From positions 55,118,001 to 55,182,000 of the forward strand of contig OZ365109.1 of NCBI GenBank assembly GCA_977030845.1: a DNA stretch of 64,000 nucleotides. Direction: 5' to 3'. The notes below the pieces were generated by a model, which did not search any database, was not told where the DNA came from, and saw only the letters and a program-made list of their open reading frames with translations. The DNA comes from Fimbriosthenelais zetlandica (lineage: Eukaryota). Positions within the stretch are counted from its first letter, which is position 1. Each line of letters opens with the position of its first letter. This document shows positions 38,792-51,668 of this stretch, piece after piece. A program made the translations under genes and the position numbers.

Positions 38792-41700
38792 GTAAGTGCT
38801 AATACAGGATTAGAATACAATGTATTATGTAAGGATGTCTTGTAGTTATGTCATATGGATAACAGGTGAAAAATGCTGGCAAACATGGGACTATCCTCTG
38901 TGCAAATTATCAGGAATTTTCTTGTTTCAATGCCCGATTCAATGCTCTATATTTCTATTCATTTTACAAAGAGACATTTAGATAATGTCAGTTCTCAGTG
39001 ATAATTATCAGTGATAATGTTACTTTCCATTGAATGTTGCATTTAATCATAAAAGTATTGTGTTCATGTTAATGAAATGATAGACCTGGAAACTCATTAA
39101 ATTATTAATACCTGATTGAAAAAGATGGCGTATTAGTTTCCTACTTAATTTAATAGGGATCCCATGTTTGCCTATGCCACCACGCTCTATGTAGTTCTCA
39201 CAATCATAGTTAAAATGAAATCTAGCCGAACATAATTGCACCTTATCAATTTGTTGCACTTAGAATGTCAATAGTTTAAGTAATGGAAATAATGCATTGC
39301 ACTAGTCTAGATGTTTGTACTATGTTAGCAGGAGAGAGTGGGTATAGTATGTATCTGTAGTCGTAATATTCACTGATTAGTTCAAAAGATAAAAAAGAAA
39401 ATAATCCATTCATTTCAGAAGCAGAAAAAATCATCATCAATCACTCTTAATTTCTTTTTCAGTGAAATTAGGTAATATTAAATATTGTCTAATTCAAACT
39501 GATTTGCAATTTCGTACTGGTTCACATGGAAATATTCCATACAATGCCTATGAAAAGTGTATATTTGACGTGACAAAGAATAATTCTCATTATAATACAT
39601 GTATCCCTATTATATTCTCGCATAAACCATTAATGATCGACCATGGTCAGATTACGTTATTAATAGATCACTCTCAGCGCGCAATATTATTGATTAAAGG
39701 ATATTTTCCCCACTGTATAGGCTTATAAATTGATGAATGAATTCGAAAGTTAAAATATCCCCTCGATCAGCTTCCTGGAAGCCGGGCCTGGAAGTCGAAC
39801 CCTCCTGTATTTTCTAAGCCATTAAAGATAAAAATTGATTTCAACTGACATTACCATATCCGATTTCATTTGTAAACTTAAAAAAATTCCCTATTAATTC
39901 ACTTCATCTTATTAAAGCAGAAGGAATGAGATTTGTTTTGAACCAATCTGCTCATACAGTAGTATCAGATCCACACTGAACTTCCACGTGCGTGGCTTAT
40001 TTTATCACCGTTTTGTAAGTAATTTTAGCCACGAGAGGAATGATTGACCCAAATTTGACCCAAGAAATTAATCTTGGATCAGCTAATGTCAATTTTTTCT
40101 TTTGAAGTGAACCATCCGATTAAATAATGATACATGTTAATTAGAATTAAATCGCTTGGTCGAATGCTCCAGTTTAAAAAAAATCTTCATAGGGTAAATA
40201 TTTATAGGCACTTTTTATTCACTTATGTATATAATATGTCTACGAATTCTTAGCCTGGATTCATGGTCGGTATCTCAAACGTCACCATAGACATTTTCTC
40301 TGTTATTTAAAAAGTGCTCTACCTGGGCCGGTAGAGAACGATTGCCTATTTCACCGGCATAGTATATGTATGGTTTTCTGATTCCATTATGTAACTATTA
40401 CTCAGCATGATGGGTGTTTGAGGGGAATTAACGTTTGTCCATATATATTTTCCCTTTTAGCTTCTTTCCTCTGCCCAGAGGCAGGCACTTGACAGCGCAT
40501 TCCACCTTGATTGCCCATGGGATCGTCTGCCATTAATCTATTGGTGATGGGGCAGGCACGGTTCATATAAAAATACTTCACACTGTACATCCCTCACAAA
40601 GTGGAGCTCCCACTGCCAGTCTGGTTTCTCCTCTAAACTTGCACAGAAAGAGATTAGAAGGGTCTTAATTGATAATTATTTAATGATTGTTTCAGGCATA
40701 TTGGTATGTATTAGATACAGGTCTTTCAGCCCAAAGTAAACCTGCTGTTTTGTCGGTATTAACTGTATCCCATTGCAATCTGGTTGGAATTTTATAGAAG
40801 TAGAACCCCTCTCAAAGAACTCGCTAAACTCGGAGGTGAAACCAGCGGGCCTTGTAATTGACCATGGACCTTGCTGACGCCATTATCATTAATTCACTAA
40901 GCAAGTATACTCGCTTGTCCTGGATTTTGTATTGCTCAGCAAGAAGTTAGCTCTACTGATCTTGTATTCCTTTAGTCGGAATCCACTTATCAGACGGCCA
41001 GCTGTGAGCATCAATGTGAATGCACTAGCATTGAGCATGCAGAACTAACTTATCCTATTTCTGTCAACCCACATTTAAGAAGAGTGACAACTTTGGCTTT
41101 CATGCGCATGCCTTGAAACATCTTATGTATCACGTGACGAGAGTGAGCGATAATGAGTGAAATGTTAGACCTATGGCCTGACCGGAAGAGCTCATGAAAT
41201 AACTTATGACGGGTACTGGTTATAGGCATGACATCGGGATTATAAGTTATGGTAAGGACGTGGGTCAAAACACTATCACTGATGCTTGCTGAAGTAGGAC
41301 CCAGTTTTATGTCTACATTGTATTTTAAAATTCAATAGCTTCCATCAATTTCACTTGATTTTTAACATGAATTCATTTGTCCAGTCTCGGTCTTTGTCTC
41401 TATCATTGGCTACTTGTAAACCAAGAATATCCACGCGGTAAACTATGCCATATAGGCTACATTATAGCCTACAGAAAAGGCACCCTTCCTTTCTCATGAC
41501 ATGCTCTGGTCTAAACCGTCGATGGCGTCCTCGTTAGTTGTTCACAGTTGATAACGAAAATAGTAATGAGCTGCATGAAATGACTATGTTGGCAGTTGTC
41601 AGTATTTTTATGCCTCGTGTTAATGCAGAGCTCCCCAGATAAGATATGTTATAATATCTGAAGCCTCTTCTAATGAGGAAAACCTAGACCTTGATCTCGA

Positions 41701-44700
41701 CGGCAGACAGTCTTTGAGCTTCAGATTCTCATGTTGTTACACTCTGAATTTTACTAGAGGATACTAATAATCAGCCGGGGTCTATAATGGGCAACATGAT
41801 TTGATATTAAACTATGAATTGAATCTTCAGAGCATAGTCTTATATAAGTCTATAGTATGTTGTAGCCGAGAGTAATCAATTGAAATCAGTGTTCTTTGTA
41901 ATGAGGGACACAATTGTTGCTTTTTGCAAATATTCTCTTTGTGAGAATTCTCCAGGTGAAGTAGAAGCCCCTGAGATAGTCGTTCACACCTTTAAAGCCA
42001 TTAACCATGATCGAGGACATTGATATGCCTTCATGCTGACGTCCCTTCTTATTTACCACGGAGAAGAGTTTTCCATTCTTCTGTAGCCTACCAAATATCC
42101 TCTCCTCAAACATTTCTAATCTCTCAGGATGGGAGGATTTGTTCCAAATTTAGCACCCCATTAAGATTTTGACTTTGAACATTCTGGGTACTTGCCAGAA
42201 GACGCCGGTCGATAGCCTATTACTGTTAGATTCTAAAAGTCAGATCACATGCAGTATAACTAAATTTCAAACCAACTGCAAAGCTAATGTAAAATACATT
42301 ACTCACAGAATGTTAGAGGTATACAGAACTGAGAGTACCTGTCTGGAATTCACTAAATAATTATGAGAGGCTAATGAGTACTCCACTAATTGGAATGGCA
42401 AATGAGTTAGGCATACCTCCGAAATTAGAGAGACCAATGAATAATCTTCAATTTTGTACATTTATTTATCACTAGAATATAATGACATAGCTATATCTAA
42501 CATTTTTCCGAATAATGGATATCGTAAAATATAATTCATGAATAATGTGCACCACCAATTTCTAGGCCTACATAGTTTGGACTTTCCTCTCATAATCCTA
42601 AGGACACTTTTAGGTTATGTTTCTGTTATGATTATACATGGGCGTCAATGTACCATACCAGATTAGAAGACTCTGACAGTAGCAGAGCTCTGCTTAGATC
42701 TGTCCAAATCGATAGATCTGATTGCGTCCCTGATGGATAGCAGGTTTTCACTTCCTAATTCAGACTTGGTTTCCTTGGTGACGAGTGTTGGGGAGATGGG
42801 TGTGTTGGACGTTTGGTATGAATAATTTGGTGTCGTGGAGAGGCTTTTGTTTAGAGATGTCTCATCACACGTCCATGTCTGAATAGTTTTGTCAGGTGGT
42901 AGTCAGAGTCTGTTTAGATGTTCAAAGCTATACATATGCAATAGCATTATCATCGAACAAAGCTTTGTTAAACTAAACCAACTAGTTTAATACATATTTA
43001 TAATGCTCAGCCATATTACCCACAATGCCTGAGCTCACGAAAATGTATATCTGCCATTCATTTTCTACTCTACTAGGCTTCATGGGAAATACTTTTATAA
43101 TATTTACTTGAAATATGTACACCTGTTTGTCACTATTTATTTTAAAATTACCAAATATTTCCAAAAGTGCATTTGTCTTTTCTTCTTTTTTTAAAAAATT
43201 AATGACTAACATGACCGTTCTGAATTATTCATAATTAATTGGACAAATATTCATCATAATTGTAATTAAAATTCTCAAGTTATTTCACATATTCCATTTT
43301 CTAGTTTGAAATTCATGGCTACTTCCTATAAAATCTGTGTAGGTCAGGAGAAGGGATCGATCAATACCAAATGATTATGACGAGGAAATTGTAAGTCAAG
43401 TAATAAAATTATTGATCTCATCACGAAGCATGAATTGCTGACAGCAGCAGATCTCATGTTTCTAATTGGAATATCGTACCTCTTTATTCTTCAACCACTC
43501 TCACATGACTTTCTTGACACCGTTGCCCTGCCCAGAGCCAATGACATTGCAAAACTGCAGTTAATATTTTATTATAGCACTGAGATATGATATAGTTGTA
43601 TTATTCTACTAAAGAACAATTTTCAATATCACAAAATATAATCATTAAAATAGCCCACATAGATACCCACAACACTAAAGCATCCACTCTAGGTCTCACA
43701 TGCATACATTTAAACTTGCTGAAACGATCCTCAAATCATGTATTAATTGTATTGGGTATCTATTTGAACTTTCCTTTCATGGAAAATTATTATTACAATC
43801 TCCATTCAAAATTCACTTCGTTTCCCAATCCCTTTGTACAAGTCTCTTGTTTTTGGTGTCTCATCAGATTTGATTCTCGGCGAGAAAAATAAGATGATGC
43901 AAAGTTAAGGCTTTTATTTCTGCCTGGAAACACGACAGTTCTGTAGGTCAAAGACCTCTTGAGTTACAAACGTAAAATGGTTTTGAGGCGTGTGTTGACA
44001 CTGCGGATGATGGATTTTCTTGTCAGATGCCGCTCCCTCTTCCATCTTCAGCTTCTTGTTTTAACTTTCTTTAGGTAATGGTCTTATTAATGGACTGACA
44101 TTGCCTCCTGTAGTAAAACAGCCATGGCATAATTGGTAGTACCATCTGAACTTAGGAATACCTTAAAATAGGCCTACCAGCTTGCTTTGCTCTTCATGCA
44201 TTTCCAATTCAAAGACGGACTCAGACTGGGCAAGGGCCATGTTAGCTATCCTTCGTTATATAGCAGTGGCAAATTACATATTAGGAATATTAGAATTTTT
44301 AAAATTTTAAAACATGTTTTGCTTTCATAAATTGTGCGATGCTCACGAAGAATTCTAGGTGATTTGCATTGCGCTTTGTATCATAGGCCTGCTGCGAAGA
44401 GCCACCTGAATATTCAGCTTTGGTAAATGGCGAAGCCCAAAATGAGTCACTGACTGAGTGAATGCTTAAAAAGGTGGTCTTGCCCTCTCCAGGCAGTGTC
44501 AGGCCAGGACAAGAGGGAACTGTGAGGTTTTCCTAGATCAAGTGGGCCGTGTTTGTGAAGTCCTACCGCCAGCTGAAGTGAATGCAGATAGGCCTGTTGA
44601 CACTCCAAGCAAATGTAAAAGGTGAAGGCACTCTGTGTTTGCAGGCGTTGGCATTGCTGCAAATGTCTGGAGTTGCCACTAAGCACAAAATACTTAACAC

Positions 44701-47178
44701 TGCATTTTCAGCAAAACAGGATTATGATTGACCTCGGAAATGGCAAGGATGGATCCTGGGGGAGAGGTTATGGTGGTCTTGACAGATTCCCCCCCCCCAT
44801 TTTTGCCTCTAAAATAATAATATTTGTGCCACAAGTCTTGAGCTATTTATCATAAAATCCGCCCCTGAATGGTATCATTATTCGGCAGAAACATGTTCTC
44901 TCGATACCTCTCACCTTAGCGTCCTTGACCATTTATTTCACCAAGACAATCATCATTAGTTCGTCTCTCCCTGTGCCAAACTCCACCTTTAACTACTTTC
45001 AACTAATATATTCATGCTGCCCCCGGGACCTTAAAATATATGCTGATTTCCCCGGGGACAATATATACATACCTCTCATCACTTTTCTAATATTCCCTAA
45101 TGAGAAACTTCCAGGTGCAATTTATCACACCGGGAAAAATAAATCCCGGGTCTTGAGTTTCTTTTGTCGCGTGGTTTTCTCATATATTTCCATCGGAGTC
45201 TGAGATTCTCTCTTGATCCATACTCCAGCTGCCGGTGGGGTTCCTTTCCCCAGGCTTAATGGCCTGGGTATAATGGATGGGCTGAGGACTATTATAATAG
45301 TACTTCCTTGCTAGGTCCTATTTGCTAGTGTATCCATGAAGGAACAGTTCAATCTACAGCAACCTTATAGGTCTCGCCCCAGCGAAATTTAATATTATAT
45401 TTCAGTACTCATTATAATTATTAGCACCCTGTGTATATTTCCAACTCAGTTTTATAAATTGAATCTGGAACTCTCCGGGAAAGACTATTTGTCTAACTCA
45501 AAGGTCACGGTTCTAAGTTCTGACCTTTCTGGATTGACGACCCGGGGCTCACAAGGCAGAGACTAGCAATCTTCCATCTTACATTTGTACTTCCTCTAAA
45601 CTTACGAAAATACAAGTTAGTTGCGCATTCATTCACAGAAAATAAGTTTCTGTATCATTCTGAAACTAATCTAATCGATTTAAATTTGGCAAATTCTAAT
45701 TTCACAAGTCTTGAACCGTGGTTCATTTGACCCCATGGTCTGCACCATTCTTCTTGCCTGTTAATTAAATGTGAGAATGTTTATTGATCAAACAGTAGTA
45801 ACTTCTGAATGTCCATCCTGATCAGTTTCTATTGGAAGTCCGAACTATATCCTGAGATGAACCCTGGTCTTAGTTTGCAGAGCTTGGGTCAATTTCCGCA
45901 ATGTTTTTATTGAAGACTGATAAGGATAGAGGTCATGATAGAAGGGTTTGTCTCATTCTCTCGGGATCAAGTCTCCTGCACTAACCATGCAGTCTGCTCC
46001 AGACCCCTGCAGATTGGATCTAGCTGTCCCAATCTGCTGCAGATTGAATGCAGTCCGCTGCAGGTTGTCTCTAGTCTCCCTGCAGCCTTGGTTCATTACA
46101 ATTTGTTCAGCCTCCTTGCAGATTGCTCTTGCCTACATTTTATCCTTCATAGCCCTGTACAACCTGACTATGACAGGAAATAAATCAGTCATACTTCCAT
46201 GTTCTTAATTTTAGATAAATCGTTTGTGTTGATAAAATCTTCAGTAGGCCTACTAGATCTGTCTTCTCTAGGGAAGAGACTGAATTAGCTTCTTTTACTT
46301 ACCTCTACTTGGTACTACACATAATTTTTGTGGCATACAACAGTTTTATTGATAAAGTATAGAGGAGTATGCATCCCATAATTATGCACCATTCTGTTAT
46401 TAGAAATGAACATTGTAATTTAATTGTAGAAAGTTTTACACCTGCAGATATTTACGATTCATCTCATTCAGGCAAATTGTTGAAAAATGTTGGATGTTGA
46501 TGAACATTTGGAGACAGTGTTATTCTTTTTGTTAATAAAAGGCAGCGACTTGCTCTGAATGGGGCCACTGAGCAATATTTTCCATCCATTGAACACGATG
46601 ACTATTTGTCAACCAGCCACAAAGTGTGCCTCAATTGAAAAATTATTTAATCCAAAATGGACGACTGTAAAATAAGATAAAATACTGTCGGTAAAGCCAG
46701 ATTTATTATTCTTCCTCATGGAAGCTCCTTCCTAATGATTCGTATTAAGATTTGTTTTTATGTACAAATATAACACGATATTAATTTAATTCTCATAATG
46801 ATGGAATATTTCACGGTTTATCCTCGATCTTTGATGCAATATTTTAAAATGTCCCTGTCCTAGTCCACCTTTAGAAGTCATAATTCAGTTATGATACTGC
46901 TGCACAGAACAGAGAACATGTACAAAGCCTATTGTCCAAGCTATTTCGTTGCATTGTGCTTGCATCGCGTTGTCATGATTTGTGTTAGCCTGCAGTGCTG
47001 ACGATCTTTGGGATCAGATAATTTCATCTAGCCATTGTCCGGCCAAATATATTTAGATTGAAATGTTACATGACCACCGTTTAGGTGTAAGGTAAAATGT
47101 TTCTGTGCAACTCGTTCTTTCATTTCCAAGATTGGATCGTTGGTTATACTGATGTGTTTGCTTCTTGCTCCATTACAG

Positions 47179-47332
47179 CAGATGCCAGACACGCCTGAGT
47201 CATCAAAGAGTGGGATCAGTGACCTGCATCAACTTGTCGCTGACGATGACCCCCAACCCGATAAGAACCGTTCCAGCATTCCCATGGCTTCTTTTAATTT
47301 CATCAACAGCATCATAGGATCGGGAATAATAG
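47179..47332 (+). CDS. SLC38A11: SLC38A11 exon 2 (QMPDTPE...FNFINSIIGSGIIG, TM1)
   Basis: tacag|cag|ATG tandem acceptor, AG|gtcagt donor in phase 1; conserved TM1 motif. Confidence 0.95.
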
Positions 47333-47374
47333 GTCAGTTACTGCCTTGTGTTCACAATGATCTACTGTAGGGGT

Positions 47375-47582
47375 GGGACGCTGCATGGTTCAGTCGGCAG
47401 AGTGCTCGCTTTGAATGTGGGAGGTCCTGGTTTCAATTCCCTAAATATTGTTCAAATTTGCCAAACGTGGCACTTCCCCATCCAGTGCTGCTAACTGGGA
47501 TATCCAAGGTCAGCAACATCTCATACTACCTGTAGTATGAGGCATAGGCTAAGAACTATTGCTGCCCCACGAGAAGAGCGTT
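47375..47582 (+). mobile_element. tRNA-derived SINE copy
   Basis: tRNA-like head with A-box TGGTTCAGTCGG (47386-47397), anticodon-like stem-loop and degenerate B-box GGTTTCAATTCC (47429-47440), followed by an unrelated body with a hairpin at 47520-47541. The 3' end is approximate. Confidence 0.7.
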
Positions 47583-48701
47583 ACCGATTCTAATTCCTCT
47601 TCCTTCTGAGATGAAAACTGCTGATTGGTCGAGAAACTAATAAAATAATTCATAATCATTAAAGGTCTACTAAAAATAATGCTCATGTGTCATTGTCACA
47701 ATGTCTTTACAAAACTTAAGCAAGACAAAGAATCTATTAAAGAACAAACTGAGCATCATTCAAACATCCAAAACCGAGATAACACTTTTTTTCTTAGGCA
47801 TGTTCATTGACAGGAATTTCTGGTAGCAAAAATATCTAGACATTTTGAATAAGAATAATTTTTACAAAATGACATTCATTCATTTCCCACAGGAGGATAG
47901 CATAAAGAATGTAACCACTCTTGATCTGCTCTCATCGGCAGCAATGGTTCTTTTACATGCCCCTAGATGTAGACAGTGGGCGATATGGCTGACTTTCGAT
48001 ATCCCATTCTCATCTCATTCTCAACTATTTATAAGCTTAGGACTACACATACAAATGAACCAAGATTATGTATTTAATCGCGAGCCTCTCTAAGATAGTC
48101 AAGATAACAGCCTGAACCAGCGTTAAAAATTATATTTCATTTCAGCAAGCTTCATAGTGTCACTGTCTATTGTATTATTATGGTCCTATCCCATGCCTTT
48201 CATAATTAAAGTTTCACTGCCATTTTAATCAATACAGTCTCACATTCGTCTCTTTAAAGCTCCGGGGTAGGTTTTCCATGCATAAGCTCGGGAAGTAAAA
48301 CAATGCAATACTTCCCTGTGATAGCTCATTTGCCAGATTTAATTCAATCCGTATACACGTGTGCAAGTTTCCTCTTCCGTTCAACATTACTTCTTACTTC
48401 ATAATTACACTTTTAAAAGTAGGTTAGAAGTAACTATAAGATTCTCCTAAGAAGAGGGCCTATGGTTGAGCCAATTCGCGGGAGGGAGATTTATGGGGCC
48501 CTGTCCACAGTAAGTACCCAAAACCTTGGGCACAAAACGCTTCAAAATTGGTGTGATTTCGTTTGTCTAGTTTGAATCGTGCTTTATACCTTTATCAATA
48601 AAAACACCATGAAATAAATATTTTAGTAGGCCTAAACAACTCTAGATCTTTCTCCATCCAATTTGTAGGATTATACAAATGTTTTTTCCCTATATTTTTA
48701 G

Positions 48702-48776
48702 GCATGCCATTCGCCTTAAGAGAAGCCGGGTTTGGACTGGGTATATTACTAGTCATACTCGTTACCATAGTTACAG
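48702..48776 (+). CDS. SLC38A11: SLC38A11 exon 3 (GMPFALREAGFGLGILLVILVTIVT)
   Basis: ttttag acceptor, ag|gtgaga donor, phase 1 to 1; matches family LPY-MKQAGFPLGILLL segment. Confidence 0.95.
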
Positions 48777-51046
48777 GTGAGACGTTTTTTCATGCATAAT
48801 AATCATCCATCATCCGGGGCTCATCTATGTTCATTACATGGTTGGGAGGGCCTGCAGTGGACGCCTGGCTGGAGAAGGGGATTAGTGATTTAAATCAAAG
48901 AGCACCTGCTCGTCTCTTGTACTACATGTAGTCCTCAGTTATTAGTAACTGATGGGTGTGACTGATCAGTGACTACAGTGTGACTAATCATCGATTCTTG
49001 ACACTGACTGATCACCTGGCTGATATTTCCATGTATTTAAAAACCCTGACTTAATTATTATCTTTGGTATCAAATGGTTTATAACTCCACTACTGTTCGG
49101 TTTAATAAACATAGGATTTTTGTTATACCTTCGATTGCATTCTTTGGGAATCCTGGACTGATTTTCGACAAAACCAGGAGAATTGTCTCACATGTGATGT
49201 GGCATAAATAGGAGCGTGATTGCATGATATGCTAAGCGAAGGAAAGTGAGGTGTTGGCACGATTCTCGCTTGTTAGTGAACTGAAGGATGATTAAGTGTC
49301 CTCTAATAGAGCGCCAACACCTTGGGGATGTAATTCCATCCTATGGAGACTTGTCTCCTATTTCATGTTATAACAAGAATCTGTCTCTTCCCAAACAGTT
49401 CCTAAATGCAATATCTTAGTATAGTGTGTCTACATTTAAAGGACTGCCACCATTTGTTCGACTATCAGTTAAGGGTGTTGGGTTGCAGCACACTAATTAA
49501 GAAGGTTTAACATATAGGTTTAGCCTATGACATCACCTTCCTTATACTGGAGGATAGAGACTGATATTTCTGTGAAACCCAGCAACATCTTTTATTGGGA
49601 AGCGTATAGCATGGGCGTATATATATCACAAGGCTAAATGTGCAAATTCTTCCTGAAGGGAGTATCTGTACAATGTTACTGTCACAAAGAAGCTAGATCT
49701 AGCTTCTCTAATGACAAACCTTTTACTACAGGCTAAGAGCCGTCTTATAACACATAGTAAGAAGCATAGCTTTAGATCTACTGACGACCTCTTCTTGACT
49801 CATCTCACCTCAAACCCCTACGGCCTGAACAATCCCCTCCCTAAGTGATTTCTTCCTATTGCAACAAATAGAATCCTTTTAGTCAGAAATTACTTTAGAT
49901 CATCAAAGACTTTTTCTTTTCCCTAGAATTGCACAGATATTCACTTGTGGCCAAGTCATTAAAAGGCGGTGCCCCTCTGAAGGAGGAGGTTTTCAGTTGG
50001 AACTTACCTGCCTTTGTTCGTCCACTTGGAAGTCGTCCCTGATTCAACATCTCTTTGATTCCACCTTGGATTTTTATCTTTCTCAAGGGGAACCATCCAA
50101 TCTTCATCCTTATGTCTCCTATTATTTTCGGTTGAATTGCCATAATTTCCATGGTTTGTGGTCTATAACAAAAAAGAATTAAAAAAGACATTATTCTTCA
50201 GGTCTATATACACTCTCTTATTGACACTTTATTTTTTTTTATTCATTATTATAATTCTTTATACTTGGGGATCGAAAATGGCATGTGCTTGATTTCTGAT
50301 ATAAGAAATTAGTCAGATTTTATAGTGGAATTGATGCCCAAATGATTTCCCCGATGATTTGGAACTAATTTCAAATACACTCGCCAGTCTTAATGACTTT
50401 AACTGAGAAATTGTCCAACTTATAAGCTGTCACAAACACAGGGACTTAAATGGATTTAGTGGATTCATTTTGGAAGTTGCTGGTTATCTTTTTCATCCCA
50501 TCAGTTGGAGAAATATTAGTATTTTTATGCATGAAGACCAACAGCAGAAGCCGTAAATCTGTTTTAATGGATGATTTTTAAATTCTCGAGTATGCCTAAT
50601 AAAGTCAAGGGAAATCAAATGCAGTAGGATCATATTTCACATAGTTCCTCAAAGGGTCATTAAATATCTTTCAAGTGAAGTTTTGGGCCTCAGAATGCAA
50701 TAAAATCCCTCTTTCTTCTACGATATAATTACTGGAGAATTTGACACTTGTTCGTTGAGCACATCTCTTAACATGAGGTTATTGCCTTTTAGTGATGAAG
50801 TGTTATGATTAAATTTCTTCTCCTGCACCAAAGAGTATTTAACAAGATAACTGGAAGGCAGTGACACTGAAAATTGGGTCCAGTTTCAAATAGATTGGCT
50901 CCAACCTTGTTGAGATTTTACTCAGTCTCCTTCAGACTGTACCAATCAATGTACTGTCTCAATCGGGTCTACAGTTACTGTAGCCAGTCTCAACCAGACT
51001 GTAGACCGTGTCCGGCAGACTGCGCCCAGTTTCTGTAAGACCCACG

Positions 51047-51204
51047 CAGACTGCATCCACTCTTATTTTGACTGCATCCACTCTCTTTCCGACTGCCTCC
51101 ACTCGTCTCCCCACTTACCACAGATTGTACCCAGTCTGCTGCAGACTGCCTCCATCCTCCTGCAGACTGCATCCACCCTCCTGCAGACTCCCTCCACTCT
51201 CCTG
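51047..51204. repeat. Minisatellite with 21-nt unit (CAGACTGCATCCACCCTCCTG)
   Basis: About 7 diverged units with one 11-nt interruption (51110-51120). Confidence 0.85.
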
Positions 51205-51609
51205 TCTAATTGTAAATAAGGTCTAATCCCCGATTGGCCGAATAGACCGATTCTCTGTCCCCTGGAGATCGACTTGTAGATGGATTCCACAATGCAAGAA
51301 AACTTCCGTCCCCTCATGCAAAATGGGGTCCTTCCCCAGGTAGATTGGCACTTGGTGGCCGCCTACAGTCTTTTTGTTGTAGATCAGGGACTGTAGGACA
51401 TGGGTAAAAGGCTTATGATGGTATGAGGGATTTGAAATATTAGAGCAGGAACCTGAGGAGAGAGTCCTTAAAGCTAACGACATCCTGTCAGGATATTTCA
51501 AATGAGGTATTTATATGATTAAGCTACATGTGTAGGCCGACATCCATAATAGACGTTGCATCCACCGTACCTTTAAACAAGATCTTTAAAGTGTTTCCCA
51601 TTCTTTCAG

Positions 51610-51668
51610 ACTACTCACTGGTGCTTCTCATACATGGAGGAGAAATGACTAACACCAATACTTACCAG
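51610..51668 (+). CDS. SLC38A11: SLC38A11 exon 4 (DYSLVLLIHGGEMTNTNTYQ)
   Basis: ttctttcag acceptor, cag|gtaaag donor, phase 1 to 0. Confidence 0.95.

Noticed and set aside
39463-39471. 9-nt microexon candidate TGAAATTAG (and an 8-nt one near 40696)
   Set aside because: It begins with an in-frame TGA (the other frameshifts); donors are weaker; likely chance in T-rich DNA.
47375-47442. Functional tRNA gene (Ser-TGA-like loop)
   Set aside because: B-box is degenerate, the acceptor stem does not close, and a SINE-like body follows.
51656-51668. U1 snRNA 5'-end look-alike ATACTTACCAGG
   Set aside because: Explained by the conserved codons T-Y-Q at the end of exon 4; no other U1 sequence follows.
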